The position numbers and the translations under genes are program-made. The notes beneath the pieces are model-generated. The model saw nothing but the letters and a program-made list of their open reading frames with translations, was not told the DNA's origin and ran no database searches. A stretch of DNA of 64,000 bases from an uncultured Planctomycetota bacterium (GTDB lineage: Bacteria; Planctomycetota; Planctomycetia; Isosphaerales; Isosphaeraceae), in the NCBI GenBank assembly GCA_963845755.1, contig CAWJTV010000014.1, positions 1 to 64,000 on the forward strand. The letters are read 5' to 3'. Numbering within the stretch: position 1 is the stretch's first letter; the number at the start of each line of letters is the position of its first letter. Shown one piece after another: positions 43,516-52,256 of the stretch.

Positions 43516-44805
43516 CTACCTTCCGGCGATCGGTATCGGCGCGACGGCCGTGCTGATTGGTTCGATGATGGCCAACGCGGAGAATAGTGCACTGGCGAGT
43601 GTGAGATCCAGTATTTCAGCGTCCAAGAGCCCAAGCGCAGAGATCTTGCTGATCTCTTCATCGGTAATCGTGTAGGCCGCGTTCGCCACCTGCCACGCAT
43701 ATCGGCGACACGCCGACACGAGACCCGAATCGGAGGCGGCACCTGGCGGAGCAGCCCACGAGAGGAGTGTATTCGAATCGGGCAACGACCCCTGGGACAG
43801 CCACTGATCGACCGCCCGACTCAGGCTGGAACCCGACATCGCCCGGGATGCCACGGCAATCGCCGCCGCCTCTTTCAAGAGGTCGAAACGGACCCCGGTA
43901 TGCGTGACGTTGACTTCGATCAGCTCAAGTACCCCCTCGAGTACCGCTGGCGATCGACTCAACCAGTGGAAGACGTCGGGCACAGCCGGTGCACCCAGAC
44001 GCTCGAACAGGACACCGAGCCGATCCAGCAGTTCTGCCGGCGAGTGACGGGGCCGATGCTTGTAAGACAAGTCGTAGACCAGACCGATCAGCGACGCCAT
44101 CCGACGCTCGACCCAGCCCCGAATCGGCTTCAACTCGCGGAGGAAACGGTATTCCAGCCGCACCCGGCGCGCGTCGGCGACGCGATTGATGAAGTTGAAC
44201 GCGAACACGACGCCGGCCGTCTCGAGCAGGAGATCCTCGTCCCCGACACGGGCCGCGGCCGAGGCGATCCAATCGACATCCACGTCTGCTACCGGCGAGG
44301 CGAGCGTCGCGTGCGCCGCGATCGCCACGAGCAGGCTCTCGGGACCCTTGCAACCGGCACGCTCGACACGCTCCGCGATCCGGTCCGGATCCAGTACCGG
44401 GCGTCTGGGGGCGATCCCATTATTTATAATTGAGTTATGATGTCCAAATAAACGGCCATCTCCGGGTGCCTGTTCGTCGTGCGGGGCCCGGATGGCCTCG
44501 ACGACGGCGTCGACCAGGTCGTGTGCCCTATCGAAATCGGATCCTGCAGCCTGCAGGAAGAGCAGATGCTCTGACGTTCAGTAGAAGCACTGATTCGCCG
44601 CCGAGATTGCCACGGCGATCGACTCCCGCAAGCGCCGGGTACCGGCTTCGCCGCCCCACATGAGAGACAGCCAGGTCTTCTTGAACGAAGCCTGATACGT
44701 CGGCCGACACCGGAACGTCCGGGCGATGCTGGGATTCGTCCAGATCGAACGCCCTGCGAGTTGCCTGGTCGCGCCAACGAGTGCATTCGTGATCAAACTG
44801 GACAT
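43516..44805 (-). CDS. AhpD/carboxymuconolactone decarboxylase-like oxidoreductase with in-frame TGA at codon 76 (candidate selenocysteine, CxxU)
   Basis: ORFs 44578..44844 and 43516..44328 are in the same frame with no other stop between; reads RESIAVAISAANQCFY-TGA-TSEH; GGAGG RBS before ATG 44805; later FNFINRVADA and KEAAAIAVA motifs. Confidence 0.75.
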
Positions 44806-45120
44806 CGTCGGATAAACCTCCATCTTCGGAATCGGAAGTCCCACTTTGCCGCCGGAGCCGCGACGTCCATCGAGCCTCTGTCACGGCAATCGATTATGAC
44901 GCAAAGTCTGAGCGCCGCTTCAATCTCATGACATGCAAACCACGGTCATCGACGAGCCGATTGGGGGCACAACCCCCCGGTTATGGATCGGAGCTGGTTT
45001 CGATGATCCATTGAATCTGCCTTGCACGCCATTGAACAGAATCCAGGGCTCATGCGCGGAATGTGCATTGCGATCCGCGCAATCGTTCGATTGGCCTCCC
45101 CGGCCGCGCCGCCGCGGGCG

Positions 45121-46110
45121 TCAACTCGCCGACGTTCCGCTCGCGGCACCGACCATCGCCGGCTGAAGCATGAGGGGTCCTCGTGGACTTGCGCGAATGG
45201 ACCGCCAGGCCGCCCAGGCGTACAAACCCACAGCCCGCATGGCGGAGACGATCGCCAATGCGATGAACAAACCGTACACCATATGCTCGACCAGGAGCAC
45301 GCCGTAGACCGCTGCGATGGCCATGGCGAATAAAGCCTGGCGTAGTGGCTTGACGGGCGTCGTTGCCGGGTCGGGGATCATGTACAGGGTAAAGACCATG
45401 AACGCCGCACTCGTCATCGGCGTCAGAGGCACGATCCATGACGTTCCGGAGTACCAGCTCCGCACTTGACCCTGGATGACAAAGGCGACCAGCCAGGTCA
45501 GAACCATCGTAAGTCGGCCCGTGAACAACCCATGAACGACGAGGCCCGTCGCCAGCACCAGGCCGGGCAGCGCCCAGTGCCACATCCCGGTCAGGTTCTC
45601 CGTGAAGTGATATGGGGGTGCCACCCCGATCGACGGGAACAAGAGCAGCGTGGCGACGATTCCCAGGTTCGACGGGTTGAAGATGTGCTGTGTTTTGCCC
45701 TCACCCACGGGTGCGCGGAACATCACCTTCGAGCAGATGGAGAGGCCGGCGGCGAACATCACCGGGATCAGCCGATCGCTGGGATACAGGATCATCGTGA
45801 CAGCCAGACCCGGGATGATGGCAGGCGGCAGAAAGTTGAGAAGGTCCGCCCACGAGCCGGCGTACCGCGGCTTGCGGCCGCTGGCTCGCGCGTCGATCCA
45901 CTCCAGCAGGAACTGGAGGCTGATGGCCGTCGCTAGCCCGACTATCGGCTGGATGTGTGACTGCTCGAAGCCGAGGAACATATGGCCGAGGATGTTCCAG
46001 ACGATGAGTAAAATGGTGAAGTACCACAGGGCGAAATATCGACGCAGGGCGCTGCGCCTGGGGTAAAACTGCAGGGTCGTGATCGCGTCGGCTGTCGTTG
46101 CTGTCGTCAT
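45121..46110 (-). CDS. UnbU-like (enediyne E5-like, RnfD-related) membrane protein
   Basis: WNILGH..LGFEQ, HIFNPSNLG, APPYHFTE, FTLYMIPDPATTP; TGATG overlap with the upstream gene. Confidence 0.85.
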   Translation of the reverse strand: MTTATTADAITTLQFYPRRSALRRYFALWYFTILLIVWNILGHMFLGFEQSHIQPIVGLATAISLQFLLEWIDARASGRKPRYAGSWADLLNFLPPAIIPGLAVTMILYPSDRLIPVMFAAGLSICSKVMFRAPVGEGKTQHIFNPSNLGIVATLLLFPSIGVAPPYHFTENLTGMWHWALPGLVLATGLVVHGLFTGRLTMVLTWLVAFVIQGQVRSWYSGTSWIVPLTPMTSAAFMVFTLYMIPDPATTPVKPLRQALFAMAIAAVYGVLLVEHMVYGLFIALAIVSAMRAVGLYAWAAWRSIRASPRGPLMLQPAMVGAASGTSAS

Positions 46111-48107
46111 CAAAGCGCTCCCTTCCGCTCCGTCGGCCAACCGAGTCGGATGGTGTGCCAACCCGCCTTCAATGGAAACGTTTCCTCATGCGGATTGCCG
46201 TCCGGGTCCCGCCAACGAATCTCGACGGGCGCTTCGGTGATTGTACCGAGACCCAGGTGAACATCCGGGGCACGTTTTCCGGCGTTGCCGGTTCCGCCGT
46301 CGATCTGGGCCACCCGCTTACGCCCGTCCGGCAACCGGATGGCCACCGCGGCGCCGATGGCCGGCCGGCTGGGATTTTCCGCGACGGGATGACCGATACC
46401 GGGCTCGACGATCGTTGCCTTTCCCTTTTCCAGAGGGAGCAACAGGCGCAGCCCCATGAAGTTGCCGGGCTTGGGGCACTCATTGTGGTAAAAGTAAGAC
46501 GGCTGCCATTGATTCGCGAGGGCGAAATCGAGCCGGCCGTCGCCGTCCACGTCGGCCAGGGAGATGCCGCGCGTTAGCATCGCCTCGGACATGGACTGAC
46601 CGTCCTGCAACATCAGTTTGGGGGCCACGTCGTAATAGCGGCCATCCCTGGCCCTGGCGAAGAAGGCGAAGGTTTCATGGCCGCTGAGGTCGTCGCCAGG
46701 CTGGAGGCTCGGCCAGAACTTCGGGTTGTGCAAGAGTTGGTTGTTGCTGGTGCCGAGGCTTTGTAATTCGGGCCACTTGTTGATTTGCCCCTTGATGAAG
46801 CCATTCGCCTGGAGCGTCTCCAGGACGCCGTCGTTGTTCAAATCCGCCAGCCGGCAGTCCCACGACCAGCCACTGCGTGACAGGCCCAGTTCTTCGCTGG
46901 CTTGCCGGAACGGAGCAATCCCGTCCTTCATGCGTTCGGTCTGGCCGGTGTTCAGCCACAAGAAATGGCTCTCGGTCAGGGCCCAACTGGAAGTGAGGTT
47001 GCTCACGTAGATATCCAGCAACCCATCGCCGTTGATGTCGCCGAAGTCCACGCCCATGCCTTTGAAGGAGTCCTGGTTAATTACGCACGAGGCCGGCGTG
47101 TCCATCGTGCGCTCTCCGTGCAAGGCCGCGAACTGAAAGCGGCCGGAGGTCGAGCGATTGTGCAGCAGGCGGTCGGGGCCGAAGTCGTTGGAAACGTAGA
47201 TTTCCGGCAGCAAGTCACCGTCGAGGTCGGCGGGCCCGATGGCAAAGCTCCAGCCGTGGGTCAGGTCCTCGGCGATCGCATCCGTCTGCTGGTCGAATCG
47301 GACCGTCGGATGCGGGCCCGAGGTCGCGCCCACAAACCGGAAGAATCGGAGTCCACCGCCGTTGCCGGACCTCGCCAGCGAGTCATGCAAGCTTTGGAAT
47401 CCCTGGGCATTCTCGTCCAACATTCGGGAGCCGTCGGGGAAGTAATTGCCGATGATCAGATCGAGGTGTCCGTTGCCGTCCAGGTCGGCCACAGCCGCCG
47501 TCGAGGAGTACCAGCGGTCGTCGCCCTTGAGCAATTCCTGCGCTTGGAACTCGGCGGCCGAGGGCGCGGTCTTCGGGTCAGCCGGCGTTCTGCGCAGATA
47601 AACGATCGGGGTACGGCCCCAGTGGACGATGAGCACGTCCATCAGACCATCCTCATTCAAGTCGGCGATCAGGGGGCCCTGAGGGCACATCGTCGCGAGG
47701 TTCCAGTTGGGGAACGACGATCCGGGGTCGAGTGCGAATGTTTCGTAACGCGCCCCGGTCTCGGGGACAGGACCGCAATTAACCTGGTCGGTGCGTGGAT
47801 CGATCCAGACGACGTCGTTTTGCAGCCCGTCGCCGTCCAGATCGCCCAGCGCCACGCTGGCCCCGAGTGTGGACAGGTAGGCTCGGATGTGCCGCATGCT
47901 GGGGTGGACCTTGCGGACATACTTGTACGGCGGGTGGTTGGCCACTTCGGGCAGCGGCGTCCGGCTAAACCGGAAGTTGTTGACGACCTCTTCCGACTCG
48001 GCCCTGGAGAGTGGCCGCTCGCGAGTCATGACGTACAGGCTGATGACAATGGCCGCAGACACGAGCAAGGTGGCTCGGCGCCGGAACCATCCAGGCGGTC
48101 GGTTCAT
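46110..48107 (-). CDS. CRTAC1/ASPIC-UnbV family FG-GAP repeat protein (enediyne E4-like)
   Basis: Multiple DxDGDG motifs, NDFGPDRLL.N, DSFKGMG, WPELQ, LANQW, C-terminal PAIGA.V...DGGTG..GKR..D.HLGLG. Confidence 0.88.
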   Translation of the reverse strand: MNRPPGWFRRRATLLVSAAIVISLYVMTRERPLSRAESEEVVNNFRFSRTPLPEVANHPPYKYVRKVHPSMRHIRAYLSTLGASVALGDLDGDGLQNDVVWIDPRTDQVNCGPVPETGARYETFALDPGSSFPNWNLATMCPQGPLIADLNEDGLMDVLIVHWGRTPIVYLRRTPADPKTAPSAAEFQAQELLKGDDRWYSSTAAVADLDGNGHLDLIIGNYFPDGSRMLDENAQGFQSLHDSLARSGNGGGLRFFRFVGATSGPHPTVRFDQQTDAIAEDLTHGWSFAIGPADLDGDLLPEIYVSNDFGPDRLLHNRSTSGRFQFAALHGERTMDTPASCVINQDSFKGMGVDFGDINGDGLLDIYVSNLTSSWALTESHFLWLNTGQTERMKDGIAPFRQASEELGLSRSGWSWDCRLADLNNDGVLETLQANGFIKGQINKWPELQSLGTSNNQLLHNPKFWPSLQPGDDLSGHETFAFFARARDGRYYDVAPKLMLQDGQSMSEAMLTRGISLADVDGDGRLDFALANQWQPSYFYHNECPKPGNFMGLRLLLPLEKGKATIVEPGIGHPVAENPSRPAIGAAVAIRLPDGRKRVAQIDGGTGNAGKRAPDVHLGLGTITEAPVEIRWRDPDGNPHEETFPLKAGWHTIRLGWPTERKGAL

Positions 48108-48357
48108 ACTGCACGTTCCTCTCTCAATGCCAATCGGACCTGAACTTGACTGCGCACAATCTCATCAGCGGGCTGTGACCCGTCGGACGGCAGGCCAAGG
48201 AAGTCACAAGCAATAGGATGCCGTCGCGCCATGGCGCCTTGCCCGTCGCGGGATGCGCGAGGCGGCGCGGGTGGGAACTGTCGCGCTCGCGGCGCAGACG
48301 GCGCCCGGCCGACAAGGGCCGAGACGCGTCGCGAGTCCGGGTCGCCCGATCACATGG

Positions 48358-48808
48358 TCAGGTCGTGGGGCGAGGGCCAGGGCGGCGAGGGGGATGGAAG
48401 ATTGAGGAAGGATGGTCAACGGGAACGAGGCGCGTGTCCACGGCTGGGCGGGCGATCGATCCGGGATCGGCGAGGACGGGGGGACGAAGGGAGATGGCCC
48501 AGTTGCCATCACCATCGGTCATGACGGGCGGCACGGTCGAAAGCGGGACAGCCGGGTTTCCGGAGCAGAGCCCCGGAGCAGGGAGTCGGCCGCGACGGTG
48601 GTGTCTCGTCGTGGGGTGGGAGCACCGCCCCGCTCAGGATCAGTGGCTCGAGGGCGAATGTCTTCGCGGCTGCTTGCGTCCGCGAACTGAGGTAGTTTGC
48701 CGAACAGCCGGCTCGGGCCGCGGGGGCTGGGACGCAGAGGAGCATGAGGAGCGACAGGATCGCCCCGAGCCTCAGAGGCACCGCGGTTCCTTGGGCCGAG
48801 GATTGCAT
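48358..48808 (-). CDS. Small exported Cys/Pro-rich protein ending IFHPPR (DUF2946-like), indel near 48568
   Basis: Signal peptide ending ARA-GC; PCSGAL then CSGNPAVP in a shifted frame; ends SSIFHPPRRPGPRPTT-stop. Confidence 0.6.
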
Positions 48809-49577
48809 TACGACACCGGAGTCGGGCAGACGAAACGCAACGGATGGGGAACGAGAGATCCGACGACGGCGGCCGACATCGGTCTGCTCGATCGACTAAC
48901 AAGGCTAATCGAAAGGATCGCCGCGATCAAGGACCTTCAATGCGGAAAAAGTCGTTCGGCCCGGCGGCGCGGTCGGCCCGCTACCGACGATGGCGTTTCC
49001 TGAAGTCGAACCAGCCGCTGGAAACAGTGGCCTCCCCTCCTGACCGAGAGAAGCCCGACGCTACTCGGCTCGACTTCCGGGAATCTCTCGGATGATGCCC
49101 AGCGCCCGTTTCGATCCGGGGCTGATTCCACGAGAAAATGGATCGACGCGGCATTATTCAGGATTCAGCATTATGCGATGAAAGGTTTCCGAGTTCGAGT
49201 CACTTTCTCCTTTCTCGACCTTACCTGACACTATGACATGATTCTTTTCCAGGAAAAATGAACTGACGATATATTTCTTTATGAAACCGATTTTCCGGCC
49301 ACACCGATTCTCCTCCGGGAATCGGCGGTAATGCCTTGTATGTATTGATATTACGCCAAATCCAAGACCATTCAGTCATCTCCCCTTCGGTGGCTGTCCC
49401 CGTTGATCTCTGGAAGATTTTCCTTGACTCGATGCTCGTGCGTGTCAAGAATAGGAGTGGCGCAGGTGGTACAATAGAGTAATCTTATGTGCCGAAAATC
49501 ATGGGTTTCTCGGCCCCGATTCTTGCTCTGAACACCGACTGCGTAACACCTGTCTAACTCGATGGCGAGGCGATTCA

Positions 49578-49688
49578 TTCTTCCGGCACCCGGTCTGGGT
49601 GCGGGGTCTGTTGTCGATGTGCGCCTTGGACCTTCTTCCGGGCACCCGGTCTGGGTGCGGGGTCTGTTGTCGATGTGCGCCTTGGACC
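49578..49688 (+). repeat. Tandem duplication (55 + 56 bp) covering the protease translation start
   Basis: ttcttccg(g)gcacccggtctgggtgcggggtctgttgtcgatgtgcgccttggacc occurs twice, differing by one G. Confidence 0.92.
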
Positions 49689-50542
49689 TTGTCAAACTCA
49701 CGGATTTAATGGAACGCAGTCGCGGCAACGCGGGAACGACAGTCGGTCTCATTGATGGACCAGTCGCCGTGGACCATCCCGACCTCGCAGCGGCGATTGT
49801 CCGAGAGATCCCCGGGCGCCTGAGTGGACGCTGCGTCCGCTCCGACAGCGTCGCCTGCGGGCACGGGACCTTCGTGGCCGGGGTCTTATCTGGCAAGAGG
49901 GGGGCGCGGCGCCCGCCATCTGTCCCGGTTGCACCCTGCTGGTTCGCCCGATCTTTGCGGAGACCGGTTCCGGGGACGGGTCACTGCCCAATGCGACATC
50001 CCAGGAACTCGCGGCGGCGATCATCGACTGCGTCGAACGCGGGGGTCCATGTGGTCAACCTGAGCCTCGCCTTGGCCCGACCCTCGGCCCCGGGGATTCG
50101 GGAACTGGACGAGGCGATTGATTACGCCCTTCGTCGTGGTGTACTCGTCGTGGCGGCGGCGGGGAATCAGGGTGCCGTGGGCAGTTCGACCATCACGCGG
50201 CACCCGTGGGTGATCCCCGTGGCGGCTTGCGACCTCCGTGGGCGGCCGACTCCGGAATCGAACCTGGGGAGTTCCATCGGGACTCGCGGGCTGAGAGCAC
50301 CGGGCGAGGACATTACCAGTCTCGGGGCGGCCGGTCCGCCGTTCCGATCAGGGGGGACCAGCGTCGCGGCAGCGTTCGTGACCGGTGCCGTCGCTCTCTT
50401 GTGGTCGGAATACCCCGCCGCAACCGCGGCCCAAATCAAGCTCGCCGTCACCGGGTCCGGGGCGCCCAGGCGGGCGACGGTCGTCCCGAGCCTTCTGAAC
50501 GCCTGGGCGGCGTATCAAGCCATGTCGGAGCTTTCCCTCTAA
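49673..50542 (+). CDS. Stand-alone S8 subtilisin-like protease resembling the PatA/PatG protease domain (compensating indels near 49905 and 50036)
   Basis: Triad LIDGP, HGTFVAG, GGTSVAA; oxyanion AAAGN; an alternative frame at 49906-50036 restores AICPGCTLLVRPIF...ELAAAIIDC; no signal peptide. Confidence 0.88.
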   Translation: MCALDLVKLTDLMERSRGNAGTTVGLIDGPVAVDHPDLAAAIVREIPGRLSGRCVRSDSVACGHGTFVAGVLSGKRGARRPPSVPVAPCWFARSLRRPVPGTGHCPMRHPRNSRRRSSTASNAGVHVVNLSLALARPSAPGIRELDEAIDYALRRGVLVVAAAGNQGAVGSSTITRHPWVIPVAACDLRGRPTPESNLGSSIGTRGLRAPGEDITSLGAAGPPFRSGGTSVAAAFVTGAVALLWSEYPAATAAQIKLAVTGSGAPRRATVVPSLLNAWAAYQAMSELSL

Positions 50543-50557
50543 CGTAGGAGGACTGCG

Positions 50558-51508
50558 ATGGAGCAGACAGATGTCGTTGGAGCAGGGCGCGATCATCCCA
50601 TACACGATGGCGATGCGTCAGCACTTGGACCTGTCTTGCCCGCGGGCACCGGGGCAACGGCCGTCCCTCAGTCGGCGGGCGGCAAGTGCGGCTGCGGATG
50701 CACGGGGGGTGCCAAATCCGAGGGCGAAGCCGCGGTGAATTATTCTTTTGTCTATGCGTTGGGTCGGGTCGATCCGCGGTTCCCGTCACCGGGTGTGGAG
50801 AAGGAGTTCACTCAGGCCACAGGTCGGTCCGGGACAGCCGGACTGTCCGACCGCCAGGCTCTTCATGCGGTACTCTCAAAGCGGGAGAACCTCTACCTGG
50901 CCCGGCAACTCTGCTGGGTGCTCTCCATCGGGAGCGTGGAGACGTACATCCTCCGGCCGGGCCATCCGGGCGACTTCCACCTGTTGATCGAGGCGGTCCG
51001 CCCGTCGCCACGCCCCACCGACATTGACGTCGTCATCGGCGTGCGCGGGCCGATCGCCCCGCCACAGGCATGCAACGGGCTGATGGTCCCTGTCGTCGCG
51101 TTCGACCAGATATACTCTTTCGACGTGGACTCTCTGATCGGGTCGATCCCCCCGCCGCAGGGACAAGACGCGCAGAAATTCCGGCCGATGGCGGAAGAGG
51201 TCTTCTGGAGGATCATGCAACTGGCCGACAACGCCGGCGCGATGGACGAACACCGCGCGCTGAATTACCTGGCCGTCCGCTACGACGCCATTTACGCCAA
51301 GGCAGCCGAGTACTATGGACAGAACTACGCCTTGACGGCCGTGGACGTGCTGCCGTCGCGCCTGAGCGGCACGCGCAATCTGGTCAACGTGATCTTCTCA
51401 TTCGCCAACCGCGCGACCGACTTCACCGAGAAGGTCTTCGTCCGGGTGGACGTGACAGAGCCGTTCCCGTTCTTGGTCACCAAGCTGTCTCCGTATTACG
51501 ACCATTGA
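50558..51508 (+). CDS. PatA/PatG C-terminal-domain (cyanobactin protease DUF) protein
   Basis: VYALG, N.YLARQLCWVL.I...ETYIL.P, CNGL.VP.V.FDQIYSF, DNAG..DEHRALNYLAVRY..IY, SRLSG.R, F.RVDVTE.FPFLVTKLSPYYD; AGGAGG RBS. Confidence 0.88.
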   Translation: MEQTDVVGAGRDHPIHDGDASALGPVLPAGTGATAVPQSAGGKCGCGCTGGAKSEGEAAVNYSFVYALGRVDPRFPSPGVEKEFTQATGRSGTAGLSDRQALHAVLSKRENLYLARQLCWVLSIGSVETYILRPGHPGDFHLLIEAVRPSPRPTDIDVVIGVRGPIAPPQACNGLMVPVVAFDQIYSFDVDSLIGSIPPPQGQDAQKFRPMAEEVFWRIMQLADNAGAMDEHRALNYLAVRYDAIYAKAAEYYGQNYALTAVDVLPSRLSGTRNLVNVIFSFANRATDFTEKVFVRVDVTEPFPFLVTKLSPYYDH

Positions 51509-51665
51509 ACGATCTCCCGTTTCGCATGGTTGCCCGTTCGCATCGGGACTTCTCGTTCGGGTTTCGGATCGAGGGCCAGGAAAACGTCGGGCGTCGGAAC
51601 GAATACCCTTCCACGGGAACTTTGCGCCGAGCCTCAAGTTCCGCAATACTACTAAGGATTACGAG

Positions 51666-51893
51666 ATGAACATGCCTGGGTTTTCTGCGGATGCATCGTT
51701 GTTCAGAGCACGCACGGACTTCCGTGCGAGCGACGCCATGCAGGGCGCGGGCGGCTCCCACCGCAGTTCCGACGCAGTGGTTCCGTCCTTCGGCATCAAT
51801 CCGTTATGTCGTGCCTGGGAGGCGTGTTGTCTCCGCACAGGTAGTGCCTACTGCTGCAATCACTATTACGGCCTCTGCGTCAGCCCGGTTTGA
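51666..51893 (+). CDS. Putative precursor peptide 1 (75 aa, 6-Cys core)
   Basis: Leader MNMPGFSADASL...F19, AVVPS junction, core FGINPLCRAWEACCLRTGSAYCCNHYYGLCVSPV; AAGGA upstream. Confidence 0.8.
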   Translation: MNMPGFSADASLFRARTDFRASDAMQGAGGSHRSSDAVVPSFGINPLCRAWEACCLRTGSAYCCNHYYGLCVSPV

Positions 51894-51941
51894 ACTTCCG
51901 TGAAACCGGACGCGGTCGGTCGGCCATTGGAGGTGAGTACC

Positions 51942-52157
51942 ATGAGACTGCCAGGGTTCACCGCGGTCACAGCGCTCGAGAGGACCGGAACGTCTTACCG
52001 GGAGGAATTAAACCTCGTCCAAGCCGGGGGGGCCGTGCTGCCCGCCACCCTCCCTGGCTGCTACGCCCGTTGCCTGGCGTCTGCCGGAGACGATCCTTTC
52101 GCCAACTACAACTGCCGGTGCATCTGTTACGGGCCGCCCCACTGCCATCTCATGTGA
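51942..52157 (+). CDS. Putative precursor peptide 2 (71 aa, 6-Cys core)
   Basis: GGAGGTG RBS; leader MRLPGFTAVTAL...Y19, AVLPA junction, core TLPGCYARCLASAGDDPFANYNCRCICYGPPHCHLM. Confidence 0.82.
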   Translation: MRLPGFTAVTALERTGTSYREELNLVQAGGAVLPATLPGCYARCLASAGDDPFANYNCRCICYGPPHCHLM

Positions 52158-52186
52158 GGGTCGGTGGGAGCAACGTCGGTTCATCG

Positions 52187-52217
52187 TGACTCCGACGCCG
52201 AGGGGGCGTCGGAGTCA
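52187..52217. other. Perfect 13-bp intergenic stem-loop between peptide genes 2 and 3
   Basis: tgactccgacgcc-gaggg-ggcgtcggagtca; no U-tract. Confidence 0.7.
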
Positions 52218-52256
52218 TCACACTGACAGATCATTGTGAGAAAAGGATCGTGAACG

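Noticed and set aside
45121..48107. Calling an enediyne biosynthetic cluster
   Set aside because: No PKSE, thioesterase or DUF1702 gene in the window
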